Shown: positions 1 through 11,659 of the stretch, in pieces
Layout: each line of letters begins with the position of its first letter
Position numbering within the stretch: the first letter of the stretch is position 1
Origin: Mustelus asterias
Taxonomy: Eukaryota
Assembly: GCF_964213995.1 (NCBI RefSeq)
Contig: NC_135806.1
Span: 108,252,001-108,316,000, forward strand
Length of the DNA stretch: 64,000 bases
Direction of reading: 5' to 3'
Notes under the pieces: model-generated
Databases searched by the model: none
Seen by the model: only the letters and a program-made list of their open reading frames with translations
What the model was told of the DNA's origin: nothing
Made by a program: the position numbers and the translations under genes

Positions 1-45
1 AGGAATAAAGGCAGAACTGTAAGTTTAAATGAGAATTTAAATTTA

Positions 46-390
46 GGGGCGGCACGGTAGCACGGTAGCACAGTGGTTAGCCCTGCTGCTTCACAGCTCC
101 AGGGTCCCGGGTTCGATTCCCGGCTCGGGTCACTGTCTGTGTGGAGTTTGCACATTCTCCTTGTGTCTGCGTGGGTTTCCTCCGGGTGCTCCGGTTTCCT
201 CCCACAGTCCAAAGATGTGCGGGTTAGGTTGATTGGCCAGGTTAAAAATTGCCCCTTCGAGTCCTGGGATGCGTAGGTTAGAGGGATTAGCGGGTAAATA
301 TGTGGGGATAGGGCCTGGGTGGGATTGTGGTCGGTGCAGACTCGATGGGCCGAATGGCCTCCTTCTGCACTGTAGGGTTTCTATGATTTC
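46..390 (+). mobile_element. tRNA-derived SINE, HE1/V-SINE-like, subfamily A (CR1-type 3' tail)
   Basis: Head with A-box (GGTAGCACAGTGG) and B-box (GGTTCGATTCC), central GTCTGTGTGGAGTTTGCACATTCTCC...TTCCTCCCACAGTCCAAAGA domain, tail GGGCCGAATGGCCTCCTTCTGCACTGTAGG...TTCTATG; many near-identical copies in the window. Confidence 0.9.
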
Positions 391-793
391 TAATACTTTA
401 AATACATTGTGATTTGTTTAGTGTCAACGGATCTTCCTTCAAGAGCAATTTAACAGATAGCAAACCAGAGATTGATATAAGAGGCGAATCAGTGGGATAA
501 AACGAGTGGGAAATAAGCGATGAGGGAACAAAAACTCAAATGTTGAGAGAATGAAAAGATAACAATTGGAGTCAAAAAGAATTAGAGCAGCTGATATGTG
601 AAGATAAGACTTTAAAAAAATAATTAGGTTAAACTGACTGTAATATGGTTCATCTGTTCTTACAGCTCTGTATGTGGATGGAATATCATTTGAATTAGAT
701 AATCCGCCTGCCTGTGGTGTTTAAATTTAAATTGTCTGGAAGATAACAGACAACTCTCATTTCCCTCAGTACGAGGTATGATTAGCCCTGGTG

Positions 794-1019
794 CAAGTGG
801 ATTTTCCACCCCCCCCCCCACCACGCGGCGGCATGTTTTCTGGTGGTGAGGTGGCTCACCATTAGCCTTCAGCGGGACTGGAAGGCTCTTCTGGTCCCAC
901 CGAAGTCCATGGTGTTTTGTGTGGCTCGCCCATTCCACCCGCTGGGGAACCTGTGGCAGGGGTCACCTTCGGCGGGGCTGGCAATTCCCGCTGGCAGGAA
1001 AGGCTGGAAAATCCCGTGC
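794..1019. mobile_element. MITE / non-autonomous PIF-Harbinger-like element
   Basis: GC-rich body bounded by imperfect TIRs GGATTTTCCA...TGGAAAATCC, same terminal motif as other copies in the window. Confidence 0.6.
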
Positions 1020-1536
1020 TAGGAATCTATTTGTAATGGTGTGATCAGTTTTACTTTACAATGAAAGTGTTTTAAATTGGTGATTCTGTTTTTGGCTGGC
1101 TTTGAATAATGTGATCTGATTTACTGACTGACTCTTGCTGTCCCCACTCGGGAATACTCGTCAGTTCATCTGCAGTTGGTAGAAAATGTCTGGCGTTGAT
1201 GTCAGCCATTGGAAAAAGAATGAGAGCAGCTTCGCTGCTTAAAAGCGGTTTTAAAATATCTGTTCTTCCATTTTGTGTTGTAAAACTAATGTGCCTCATC
1301 TTCTCACCATGACTGTAATCTTAATTTTTTTATCATTCTGCCACCTGGTGGTGCTGGTGAACTTCCTCTCAAATAGTGAATATGATCGTCTGACTGACCC
1401 AGGAACCGCGAATCTACTGCCTGCGAATGTTTGACTTCTTAATAATGAATGTTCTCCTTGCACAGTCTTTGCAGAATATCCAATGTAGTTTCTTGCAATG
1501 TGAACACTAACCAAAGCCCAACTGGTCATTTTTCAG

Positions 1537-1697
1537 AATTTGGACTGAAAAAGATGTGGAAAAGCCCAAATGGAACGATCCGAAATATTTTAGGTGGCAC
1601 CGTTTTTCGAGATCCAATTATTTGCAAAAACATCCCACGGCTTGTTCCCGGTTGGGTGAAACCTATCACAATAGGACGACATGCGTATGGAGATCAG
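1537..1697 (+). CDS. IDH2: IDH2-like isocitrate dehydrogenase [NADP], exon equivalent to human exon 4 (161 bp)
   Basis: tttcag|AATTT...GATCAG|gtaag; encodes (E)[53 protein letters not shown], with the R140- and R172-equivalent arginines. Confidence 0.96.
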
Positions 1698-1821
1698 GTA
1701 AGACTGTTGTTTGATGAGATTTATTGCCCTATTGTGAAGAAATTGCTTCATCCCTGCCGGAGATCAGTTCAAGTGTTCTGCATATGGTTGAACCTGCTTG
1801 TGGCATTCAGTATTTGTCTTC

Positions 1822-2137
1822 AAACCCAAAGGTGCGAGAGTCTAAAACTAGAGGGCATAGGTTTAAGGTGAGAGGGGAGAGATGCAAAAGGGTCCAGAGG
1901 GGCAATTTTTTCACACAGAGGGTGGTGAGTGTCTGGAACAAGCTGCCAGAGTGTAGTAGTAGAGGCGGGTACAATTTTGTCTTTTAAAAAGCATTTAGAC
2001 AGTTACGTGGGTAAGATGGGTATAGAGGGATATGGGCCAAATGTGGGCAATTGGGACTAGTTTAGTGGTTTAAAAAAAAGGGCGGCATGGACAGGTTGGG
2101 CTGAAGGGCCTGTTTCCATGCTGTAAACCTCTATGAC
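1822..2137 (+). mobile_element. CR1 LINE 3' fragment
   Basis: [11 protein letters not shown]...FFTQRVVSVWNKLP C-terminal ORF2 motif plus CR1 tail GGGCTGAAGGGCCTGTTTCCATGCTGT...CTATGACT. Confidence 0.9.
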
Positions 2138-2585
2138 TATTACTCTGAGTATAGCCACCGTGATTTATAATACAGAGCAGCTTCATAGCGAGAGGGTAAA
2201 ATAGGTTGATACTTGTAAGAGCATTGTATTGTTGGAGTTGTTCCCTTTTGAATAAGATATTAAATAGCTGCATATCCAGGAGAGGTCTCTGGTGATCTAG
2301 TCAATATCTATCCCTCAACTAGCTCCACCCAGAGAGATTAACTGTTAATTCATCTCATTTGCTATTTGTGGGATCGTAAATGTGTGCAAATTGGCAGCTA
2401 TATTTACTACAGAACAACACTTCACATTTAATAAAGCTTTGAAGAGCTTTGAAATGTGCTGGGGTTGCTACATATGTTCTAGAGATGCAACAGCTGTCAC
2501 CATGACGATTGAGGATTTGAATTCAGTTTATAATAAATACAGTTGGAATTAAGACCTGGTGTAATTAAAAGGGGCCATGAGGATA

Positions 2586-2945
2586 AAAGCAAAATACTGC
2601 AGATGCTGGAATCTGAAACAAAAACAGAAAATGCTGGAAAATCTCGGCAGATCTCACAGCGTCTGTGGACAAAGGATCATCTAGACTCGAAACATTGGCT
2701 CTAATCTCTCTCCACAGATGCTGTCAGACTTGCTGGGACTCTGAGGATGTTGGATTGCCGTAAAAAAACCCCAACTATTTCATGAGTGAGCTTTAGGGAA
2801 GGAAACCAGTCATTCTTAATAACAACACAAAAGCAGAATGCTGGATTTCTGAAATTAAAACAGAAAATGCTGGAAATAATCTCTAGGTCAGGCAGCACCT
2901 GTAGAGAGGGGAACAGAGTGAACGTTTTTGGTCAGTGATCTTTGG
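2586..2945. mobile_element. Penelope-like terminal-repeat fragments (family B), inverted arrangement
   Basis: AAAACAGAAAATGCTGGAAAATCTC...TCTGTGG followed by its inverted copy CCACAGATGCTGTCAGAC; degenerate hammerhead core GACTCGAAAC; the same repeat occurs at 25487, 56657, 60033 and 62762. Confidence 0.6.
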
Positions 2946-3297
2946 GGCAAGAGCTCGAGAACGTAATGGTCATGATACAACTGGGCCGACGTCCCAGTCA
3001 ACAGAGGCGGGCCTTCCTCACCTGCTGACCTCACCACACTCCACCTCCATCGCCAATGCATGCCTGCCTCCATCCCGCCTCCCCGACACAAAACTAGGGC
3101 AGCAGGGCATCCTTAACGGAGATGTGTTTGTGGGGTCGGGAACTGGTCTCCTTATGAACATCCAGCCAAAGCCAACAAAGATTGATGTGGGGTGGGATCG
3201 GATCTGAGTAGCTGAAATTTGATGCACTGGAAATTGCAGAGGGTTCAGGGCGGGGAATAATGAAATAATTGTGTCTGATAATGAAAAAGCAAGGACA

Positions 3298-3795
3298 GAT
3301 TTGATTTGATTTATTATTGTCAGATGTATCAGCATACAGTGAAAAGTATTGTTTCTTGCGCGTTGTATAGACAAAGCATACCATTCATAGAGAAGGAAAG
3401 GCGAGAGTGCAGAATGTAGTGTTACAGTCATAGCTAGGGTGCAGAGAAAGATCAACTTAATGCAGGGTAGCTCCTTTTAAAAGTCTGATGGCCAGCAGGG
3501 AAGAAGCTGTTCTTGTGTCGGTTGGTACGTGTCCTCAGACCTTTGTATCTTTTTCCCGATGGAAGAAGGTGGAAGAGAGAATGTCTGGGGTGCGTGGGGT
3601 CCTTAATTATGCTGGCTGTTTTTCTGAGGCAGCGGGAAGTGTAGACAGAGTCAATGGATGGAAGGCTGGTTTGTGTGATGGACGGAGCTTCGTTCACGAC
3701 CCTTTGTAGTTTCTTGTGGTCTTGGACAGAGCAGGAGCCATACCAAGCTGTGATACAACCAGAAAGAATGTTTTCTATGGTGCATCTGTAAAAGA
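3298..3795 (-). mobile_element. Rex1/Babar-like non-LTR retrotransposon 3' end
   Basis: Minus-strand ORF ending LPSIDSVYTSRCLRKTASIIKDPTHPRHSLFHLLPSGKRY...KNSFFP; tail AATAAATCAAATCAAATC. Confidence 0.8.
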
Positions 3796-4203
3796 TGGTT
3801 TCAGAAGCAGGTGCTTTCAGCTCAGAGAGAGGTAGAGATGGGCAGAGAGGTAAGAGGTCTGAATAAAAAGTCTTTGTGACAGAAAGAAAATGGAATTAGA
3901 AGCTTTCAGCAAAAATGATTGGTTTCTGAAAGGACATGAAAGAACCTGAAAGTTGGCTCCCACTTTTCACTATAAACAGAAAGTTAGATGTTTTAACACA
4001 AGGTAATTGCTTAATTTCACACCATGGGCTAAATTTCCATCATTGAGGTGGGTAGCAGGAGTTGAAAATTTCTGGTTCAGCCTGCCCACCTTGGAAGGAG
4101 AGCCAGGAAAGATGGAATTTTCACTGTCTGTGTGTGTCTGTGTGTTGCCCTTATAAGTATCAGTAGCTGAAACTACAAGCACTAGACACCTCTGTATCTT
4201 GTC

Positions 4204-4501
4204 GGGCGGCATGGTGGCACAGTGGTTAGCACTGCTGCCTCACAGTGCCAGGGGCCCGGGTTCGATTCCCGGCTTGGGTCACTGTGTAGGTTTCCTCCGA
4301 GTGTTCTCGTTTCCCCTGGTATCCTCCCACAGTCCAATGATGTGTGGGTTAGGTGGATTGGCCATGCTAAGTTGCCCCTTAGTGTCAGGAGTACCAGCAG
4401 GGTAAATACATGGGGCTACGGGGACAGGGATGGGTGGGATTGTGGTCAGTGCAGACTCGATTGTCCGTATGGCCTCCTTCTGCACTGTAGGATTCTATGA
4501 T
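4204..4501 (+). mobile_element. SINE subfamily A
   Basis: Same head, central domain and tail as 46-390, with an internal deletion. Confidence 0.88.
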
Positions 4502-5344
4502 TGTATAAATAAATGTTGGGCAATTGACTGAAGAGGTCAGACAGCCAGAGCTGTTAAGCAATGTTTTCCCTTGGGTTCAAGTGTTCCAACACTCTATTGG
4601 ATTTCTGGGGTATCAGCCAAGAATACATAATTTGTCTTGGCTGAGAGCCCAGAGATCCATTGGAATTAAAGGGTCTGGATGGTTGACACTTGGTCTGTAA
4701 TAAAAATTGAGTTTTTTTTAAAGAAAACAGAAAATTATCAATATTTTAAAGCTATTTTTCCTATTGCCATGAAAGGGTTCATTGGTTCTATACAGTGTAT
4801 AGAGGGTGAATGAGCATGGAAATGCCATAGCTTGGCATAGGAGGCAGGAGGGGTCATAGAGGGTAGGAAGGTGTATATCTTGGCATGGGGGAGAGAGAAT
4901 CAGGAGGACCTTGCGAACTTACCTCATGTAGACCATGGTTCACAACACTTCTCTGAGGTACGGTGAAACACGATTCGCTGAAAAACTGGCCTGACACCAT
5001 GAAAACTGCAGAGGACCAGGCTGTGTCAGACCCTGCAATGGAGCAGGCCAGGCCAGGAATGCAGAGAGCGTGCTGGCGACCTGAACCAGCCTGCTGGCTT
5101 AAAAGGCATTCCTGAAAATTGGAAACCCTGGGAATGGGGTAGGGAATACTGGAATCGGGTCCCGGCCATCACTTTCACCCCTCCACAGAATCTCCCAGAC
5201 ACCCTTGAAAATCTAGCCCGTGTGTTACTCCATATGAGATTAATTCAAGGGATCTTGTTGTCTCCAAAGAACACTTGAGTTTTATATTAAAATGACCTAT
5301 TTTAGTCTTATTTTAAAAACATAACACACAAGATGTTACACTGA

Positions 5345-5679
5345 AACATAGAAACCCCACAGTGCAGAAGGAGGCCATTCGGCCCATCGAGTCTGCACCG
5401 ACCACAATCCCACCCAGGCCCTCCCCCCACATATTTTACCCGCTAATCCCTCTAACCTACGCATCCCAGGACTCTAAGGGACAATTTTTAACCTGGCCAA
5501 TCAACCTAACCCGCACATTTTTGGACTGTGGGAGGAAACCGGAGCGCCCGGAGGAAACCCACGCAGACACGAGGAGAATGTGCAAACTCCACACAGACAG
5601 TGACCCGAGCCGGGAATCAAACCCGGGACCCTGGAGCTGTGAAGCAGCAGTGCGAACCACTGTGCTACCGTGCCGCCCC
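5345..5679 (-). mobile_element. SINE subfamily A
   Basis: Reverse complement of the 46-390 family, near identical. Confidence 0.9.
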
Positions 5680-5965
5680 TAATTTGTATTTCCCCATAAG
5701 TGTGGAATTTTCTCTTCAGATACAAAACGATAGCTTATAAGTAACACCAGATAGTGGAAGAGAACTGAAGCAAGTAGGCACAACAGCAATGAATAACTGA
5801 TGAAGCCAAGGGCTTGTATAAGTGATTAAAACATAGAAAAATTAAACAAAACGACACTGCAGACTTGGGTTTCAAGTGTCAAACATTAAACTGAAATGTC
5901 TTCTTACTCTTTGTGGTTTATGTTTTTATGTGAGTCTCTAAATGTAACAATTGCTTGCATTCCAG

Positions 5966-6109
5966 TATCGAGCCATAGATTTTGTCATGGACCAACCAGG
6001 AAATTTTAAACTTGTCTTCATACCCAAGGATGGGAGTAAATCCCTGGAATGGAATGTGTTTGACTTCCCTGGTGGAGGGGTAGGAATGGGAATGTTCAAT
6101 ACAGATGAG
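5966..6109 (+). CDS. IDH2: IDH2-like exon (human exon 5 equivalent, 144 bp)
   Basis: ttccag|TATCGA...GATGAG|gtaag; [48 protein letters not shown], starts with the catalytic Tyr. Confidence 0.95.
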
Positions 6110-6781
6110 GTAAGGCACTTGCGACTGTCAGAATTTAGTGTGGCTTAAGTTTATCCATCCATCCTGTACTTAACAGTAACCTTTTGTTGAGTATTTATTA
6201 ATATTTGTGCATATTTCCCAACTTGCACATTATAATTTCTATATTTAATCCTTCATATTTAAAGTATTTTCCTTTGGTTTGTGTTGTATAATATATATGG
6301 CCTGTAACTTCCTTGCTCTGAGGTATCATAACCCTAACTCAAAGCTACTTGGGTGGCCAGTGTCCATTGGAGATACCTGCCAATGGCAATGCCACACAGG
6401 CTTGAAGATACTCCTTGCCCTTTAAGCCAAACCCCTCCCCATCGTGGATGGGTGTCCTTGACGGGAACTACGATCCCACATCTCCTACCTTCACTCCAGG
6501 CTCTGGTGCCAATCCTGCAACCTGGGGGTCCTGCAATACTGGCAGTGACACTCTTCCCACGAGAAAGCTGGCTGCTAGCCTCTGATTGAGACATTAGATA
6601 TCTGCCCTGAGCACAACAAAGACCCTGATGCTAACCAGTTAAGTGCCTGATAAGCACCACATCCGGTCGGGATGGCAGGAGGAATGGTCTGGAATGGCCA
6701 CGGTGGAGTTGCCACCAGTTCTCTCGCCGGTGGACAGGCCCACTCCTGCGGCCATTGAATTTCACCTCCAGTATTAGTGTG

Positions 6782-7024
6782 TGTGGTGGACTTCAGTTGT
6801 GCCTTTGTCCTGCCTGGACCACCATTGTGTGTTTGTTATGCCTGGACACATCCCTTGCCGGCTCGGCTCCTCCCCTTGTCACCTAGTATAAAGGTGGCTG
6901 TCTCCTCCCCCTTGTTCAGTTCGGGTCAGTTACCTGTTGGGATGTGCTCCTGATTCTGTTATGAATAAAAGCCTACAGTTGTATTGGCACACAAGTAGTC
7001 TTTTGCCTAATTGATAGCGCATCA
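6782..7024 (+). mobile_element. Solo LTR (probably Gypsy-type)
   Basis: TG...CA termini, GTGTG direct repeat on both sides (5-bp TSD; left edge 6782 or 6784), TATAAA 6887-6892, AATAAA 6964-6969. Confidence 0.7.
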
Positions 7025-7145
7025 GTGTGAAGCCCTTGGGAGACTGAATATAGAACATTGGACTAATATTTCTGATCTTGTATATCTTTTTTAACAAATC
7101 TTATGTAGTGAATAGTCTTTAACCTACTTTTTTTTAAATGTATAG

Positions 7146-7282
7146 TCTATTACAGGATTTGCACACAGCTGCTTCCAGTATGCCCTAACGAAGAAATGGC
7201 CCCTTTATATGAGTACAAAAAACACCATTATGAAGGCTTATGATGGACGGTTTAAGGATATATTCCAGGATATTTTTGAGCT
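7146..7282 (+). CDS. IDH2: IDH2-like exon (human exon 6 equivalent, 137 bp); not in the ORF track
   Basis: tatag|TCTATT...GAGCT|gtgagt; [45 protein letters not shown](L), includes the catalytic Lys of STKNT. Confidence 0.95.
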
Positions 7283-8045
7283 GTGAGTTTTCCTCTTTTA
7301 TCCTTCAGAATTGAATCTTATGCTGCAATCTAGCTAGCTAAATGCTGATTCTAGTTGAGATGAGCTATGGAAAAAAGACGAAGAGCAATCCAGAGTCAGG
7401 TTTGAATTTGAACAAAAAGCTTGGCATTTAACAATATCAGCATTCCCCATGGCAACGCCTCCACCAACCAGAGTCCACTTTCCAACCAGTCAGCACTCTC
7501 TTCTCATTGCTCCCTTTACTGATGGTCTTTTCTTGAGAGCTGTCCTAATGAAATCATTAGTGCGAGATGAAACACTTAGTTGCCAGAACTCTTATCACCT
7601 CGCCCGCCACGGAATCGGAGCGGGTGAGGGTCCAACAACAGAAATCTTTGTTGATCTCGAGCGGGAATTTCCGGTTTCGCTGGAGTGAGGCCCTAAAATC
7701 CCACCCAGTATGTCTCTTTTTTCAGCTATACTCCAGGTCTGTCCTACCAAATTGCTGGATGTGGATTAATTAAAGAAAAGCGGCATGGATTTGTTTAACT
7801 AAATCACCTTTAACTAACTTGATTGAGATTTTGATGAGGTGACAGTGAGGGTTGATGAGGGTAATGCAGTTGATGTGGTGTACCTGAACTTTCAAAAAGC
7901 ATTTGATGAATTACCACATAATAGGCTTGCCACCTGAAGCCCATGGAATAAAAAGAGAAGCAGTAGCAAGGATGTAAAGTTGGCTGAGTAGCAAAAAACA
8001 AGGGGCAGCAGTGAACAATTGTTTTTTTAGATTGGAGGAAGACTA

Positions 8046-9165
8046 TAAAACCATAAGAAGTAGGAACAGGAGTAGGCCATTCAGCCCTTCGCACCTGCTC
8101 CACCATTTAATGAGATCATGGCTAAACACTCACTAAATCCATTTTCCTGCCTTAACTCCGTAATCCTTAATTCACATACTGATTAGAAACCTATCGATCT
8201 CGGCCTTGAAAATGTTCAAGGACTCGCCTCCACAGTTTCCTGGAGTAAAGAATTCCAAAGATTCACCACTCTTTGAGAGAAGAAATTCTTCCTTAAATCC
8301 ATCTTAAACGAGCATCCCCTTATTCTGCAATATGCCTTCAGGTCCTACACTCTGCCATGAGTGGAAACATCCTCCCAGCATTTAATTTGTCTAACCCCCT
8401 AAGAATCTTATATGTTTCATATCACCTCCCATTCTTCTGAACTCCATGCTGTTTAATCTTTCCTCATATGGCAAACCCTCCATACCCGGGATCATCCTAG
8501 TAAACCTCTACTGTACTGCCTCCAGTGATATATCTTTCCTTAAATAAGGGAACCAAAACTGTACACAATATTCTGAATGTGACCTCCCTAGTACCTTGTC
8601 CAGTTGCAGAAACACCTCTTTGCTTTTATACCCTAAACCCCCTGAAATAAAAGCCAGCATTCCATTTTCCTTCCTTATTACCTTCTGCACTGTATGCTAG
8701 CATTCTGGGTTTCATGAACAAGTACCCCCAAGCCCCTTTGCGCTACTGTTTTCTGCAGTCTCTCTCCATTTAAATAATAACCCGCCTTTCCATTCCTTCT
8801 TCCAAAATTAACAGTCTCACATTTTCCCACATTAAATTCCATTTGCCAATTCTCTGCCCACTCACTGAACCTGTCATTATCTCTCTGTAAACTATTTATA
8901 TCCTCCTTACAACCTACCTTACCTCCCATCTTTGTATCTTCCGCAAATTTGGCCACAGTGCACTTTGTTCCTTCCTCCATATCATTAATATATATTGTGA
9001 AGAGCTGTTTTCCCAGCACTGATCCCTGTGGCACTCCATTGGTTACTGCCCTCCAACCTGAGTAAGACCCCCTTATTGCTACTTGCTGTTTCCAGTTAGT
9101 TAGCCAATCCTCTATCCATGACAGGATATGGTTAGCCAAGTTAGCCAATCGTCTATCCATGCTGG
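8046..9165 (-). mobile_element. CR1 LINE 3' portion (RT)
   Basis: GVPQGSVLG...KFAEDTK RT motifs on the minus strand; tail TCTTATGGT at the left end. Confidence 0.9.
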
Positions 9166-9171
9166 TGTACA

Positions 9172-9460
9172 GTGGGGTAAACACAGTAAGAAGTTTAACA
9201 ACACCAGGTTAAAGTCCAACAGGTTTATTTGGTAGCAAAAGCCACACAAGCTTTCGGAGCTCTTAGCCCCTTCCTCAGGTGAGTGGGAATTCTGTTCACA
9301 AACAGAGCTTATAAAGACACAGACTCAATTTACATGAATAATGGTTGGAATGCGAATACTTACAACTAATCAAGTCTTTAAGAAACAAAACAATGGGAGT
9401 GGAGAGAGCATCAAGACAGGCTAAAAAGATGTGTATTGTCTCCAGACAAGACAGCCAGTG
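9172..9460 (-). mobile_element. Penelope-like element 3' pLTR fragment (family A)
   Basis: Near-identical to the arms of the 49500-50191 element, which carries a GIY-YIG C-terminus. Confidence 0.8.
9242..9286 (-). ncRNA. Minimal type I hammerhead ribozyme motif in Penelope pLTR
   Basis: Minus strand CCACTCAC-CTGAGGA-A-GGGGCT AAG AGCTCC-GAAA-GCT-T-GTGTGG: CUGANGA and GAAA cores, stem II, palindromic AGCU stem III, stem I CAC/GUG. Confidence 0.72.
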
Positions 9461-9600
9461 GGGTTCAGAGAGAACCACTGTTTTTCATGATCTTTATTAA
9501 TGACCTAGACTTTGGCACAGGGCATAAATTCAAAATTTGGGAATGGTACAGATCTGGGAAATATTGTAAACTTTGAGGAGGATAGTGAAAGATTTCAAGT

Positions 9601-10497
9601 AAAGAAAGTTATCTCCAATTGCAACGGGATCTTGATCAATTGGGCCAGTGGGCCGACGAATGGGAGATGGAGTTTAATCTAGATAAATGCGAGGTGATGC
9701 ATTTTGGTAGATTGAACCAGGGCAGGACTTACTCAGTTAATGGTAGGGCGTTAGGGAGAGTTACAGAACAAAGAGATCTAGGGGTACATGTTCATAGCTC
9801 CTTGAAAGTGGAGTCACAGGTAAACAGAGTGGTGAAGAAGGCGAAGACATTCGGCATGCTTGGTTTCATCGGTCAGAACAGTGTATACAGGAGTTGGGAC
9901 ATCTTGTTGAAGTTGTACAAGACATTAGTAAGGCCACACTTAGAATACTGTGTGCAATTCTGGTCACCCTATTATAGAAAGGATATTATTAAACTAGAAA
10001 GAGTGCAGAAAAGATTTACTAGGATGCTACCGGGACTTGATGGATTGAGTTATAAGGAGAGGCTGGATAGACTGGGATGTTTTTCTTTGGAGCGTAGGAG
10101 GCTGAGGGGTGATCTTATAGAGGTCTATAAAATAATGAGGGGCACAGATCAGCTAGATAGTCAATGTCTTTTCCCAAAGGAGGAGAGTCTAAAACTAGAG
10201 GACATAGGTTTAAGGAGAGAGGAGAGAGATACAAAAGTGTCCAGAGGGGCAATTTATTTCACACAGAGAGTGGTGAGTGTCTGGAACAAGCTGCCAGAGG
10301 TAGGAGTAGAGGCGGGTACAATTTTGTCTTTTAAAAAGCATTTAGATAGTTACATGGGTACGATGGGTATAGAGGGATATGGGCCATGTGCGGGCAATTG
10401 GGATTAGCTAAGGGGTTTTAAAAAAGAAAGGGTGGCATGGACAAGTTGGGCCGAAGGGCCTGTTTCCATGCTGTAAACCTCTTTGACTATGACTCTA
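9601..10497 (+). mobile_element. Young CR1 3' portion
   Basis: 262-aa ORF with WEMEFNLDKCEVMHFG...LVRPHLEYCVQFWSP; tail (CTATGACT)n. Confidence 0.92.
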
Positions 10498-11012
10498 TAA
10501 GTGGACGTAGGCAGGCTGGTGATATGGGCTCACAAGCGGTACATTAAACTCACTCATGTGAAGTGATACATTTTGGTAGGAAGAACCAGGAAGGGTAAGA
10601 TAAAATGCAGGATATGATTCTAAATTTCGTGCCGGAGTAGTGGGACCTGGGATCATATTTGCACAGATCACTGAAGGTGGCGGGGCAGGCTGAGAAAGTG
10701 GTAAATAAGGTACACAGAATCGTAGGCTTTATAACAGAGGCATAGAATACAAAGGCAAGGTGGTTATGGTGAACCTTTATAAATCACTGGTTCAGCATCA
10801 ACCGGAGTATTGTGTGCAATTTTAGACAACGCTTTAGGAAGGATATGAAGGCATTTAAGCAGATGCAGGAAACATTTATGGGAATGGTTCCAGAGATGAG
10901 GGATTTAAGTTAGGTGGATGGACTGGGAAAGCTGGAAATCTTCTCCTTGGAGGAGGGGAGGTTGAGGGGAGATCAAAAATCATGAGTGCTTTGGACTGGG
11001 TAGATAGAAAGA

Positions 11013-11168
11013 CAGTAAGGAGTCTAACAACACCAGGTTAAAGTCCAACAGGTTCATTTGGTAGCAAACGCCACTGTGGCGCCACAAATGAACCTGTTGG
11101 ACTTTAATCTGGTGCTGTTAGACTCCTTACTGTGTTTACCCCTGTCCAACGCCGGCATCTCCACATCA
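11013..11168. mobile_element. Short Penelope-derived palindrome with one-sided tail
   Basis: About 48-bp inverted arms plus tail GTTTACCCCTGTCCAACGCCGGCATCTCCACATCA; 12-bp TSD TAGATAGAAAGA (11001-11012 / 11169-11180). Confidence 0.78.
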
Positions 11169-11659
11169 TAGATAGAAAGAAGCAGTCCTTGTTGGCAAAA
11201 GGGTGAAACACCAGAGGTCATCGATTTCAGAATCAAAGGAAAGGTTTTGGACCCAGTGTGAAGTTGGGGGTCTGGTAAACTCTGGCTGCCAGTGTTAAAA
11301 GAAAATTCAATCAGGGTTTTCAAAAAGGAAATTTGATAATTAACTGAAGACAAAAGAAATGTCGGTGTCTGGGGAAAGGATGAGGGAATGGGACTAGGGT
11401 GAGTTGCTCTTGCAGGGAACCAGCATGGACACAACGACTGAATGGCCTCCTGATTGCTGTAACTATGATTCTATTATAGCCAGAGTAGATCTGAAGGACT
11501 GGGTTCCTTTCTCCATGGACATATTTGAACAAGGTGGATTATAAGGAAAGTCCAGCAGCTTCATGGTTACTTTTACTGAGAACAATTTTTATTTTGAGAT
11601 TCCTTTTGTTCAAAAATGAAGTCAAATTCGCAGAATACTCTGATTTGAAGTTTTTAAAA

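Larger units (their letters stand above)
7771..11470 (+). mobile_element. Old degraded CR1 ORF2/3' end, split by several younger insertions
   Basis: Collinear RT remnants at 7771-8045 (VDVVYLNFQKAFD), 9461-9600, 10498-11012 and 11169-11470, ending in a CR1-type tail. Confidence 0.7.

Noticed and set aside
46-125. tRNA gene
   Set aside because: The A/B boxes belong to the SINE head; the sequence continues into SINE body and tail.
73-276. Recurrent MVSTAASQLQGPGFDSRLG... peptides
   Set aside because: Translations of SINE copies, not a gene family.
1449-1871. 140-aa ORF as a standalone gene
   Set aside because: It is one IDH2-like exon read through into intron and CR1 sequence; the same applies to ORFs 5951, 33762 and 39173.
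2960-3290. GC-rich stretch with a 90-aa ORF, possible processed pseudogene
   Set aside because: No recognisable protein in the frames I translated; left unassigned.
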